DNA of 6,054 nucleotides from a virus (Duplodnaviria; Heunggongvirae; Uroviricota; Caudoviricetes): IMG/VR virus record IMGVR_UViG_2537561509_000007; one strand, 5' to 3'. Shown piece by piece: positions 5,771 to 6,054 of this stretch (position 1 is its first letter; each line of letters starts with the position of its first letter). The notes under the pieces were generated by a model. It saw only the letters and a program-made list of their open reading frames with translations, ran no database searches and was not told where the DNA came from. The position numbers and the translations under genes were made by a program.

Positions 5771-6054
5771 TTAACGAGTAAAATCAGTAACGGCTGGAAA
5801 TCATTCAATACTCGCACTATCGAAAGTTCACCAGCCAACCGCAGCACGTTCTTGCATACGAGGTGCCGCGTTTTACATGCTGTACCGAGAATTAATTTCA
5901 TTTTACGAAAAGTTAACCCGCCATTGCTATCTTAATTTTTTAAAACGAAGTTACCTCTGTCAGAGTCAAAAGCACAATTATCTCTTCCTACAATCATTGA
6001 AACTGCGATTGATTCCCTGCTCAAAGGATGAGCCGCCCTTGTTTTAACAAGATA

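Noticed and set aside
5771-6054. Possible tRNA or att site at the window end
   Set aside because: I found no T-loop GTTCGAATC-type motif or cloverleaf, and the other prophage end is not in the window for comparison.
1-6054. CRISPR array or IS element
   Set aside because: There are no regularly spaced direct repeats, and no terminal inverted repeats flanking a transposase-like ORF.

Overview
The window reads as the immunity and early-left segment of a Qin/Kim-type cryptic lambdoid prophage from an enterobacterium (E. coli/Shigella-like). All family assignments are from reading the translations and from memory of the K-12 Qin and Rac prophages; no search was run. Layout: a leftward operon (Cro/DicC-like regulator, then a YdaT-like gene running off the window start) diverges from a rightward CI-type repressor carrying an S24 autocleavage domain. 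Downstream on the + strand: a YdfA-like small gene, an unrecognised 212-aa gene, about 325 bp of hairpin-rich non-coding DNA, a DicF sRNA copy, a 19-bp inverted repeat, dicB, a YdfD-like gene, a 414-aa acidic protein, an N-terminally truncated integrase, and a DinI-family gene. The best candidates for something undescribed are the 212-aa gene with its flanking non-coding region and the 414-aa protein; I cannot assign a function to either from sequence alone. No CRISPR array, tRNA, rRNA or IS element is visible.
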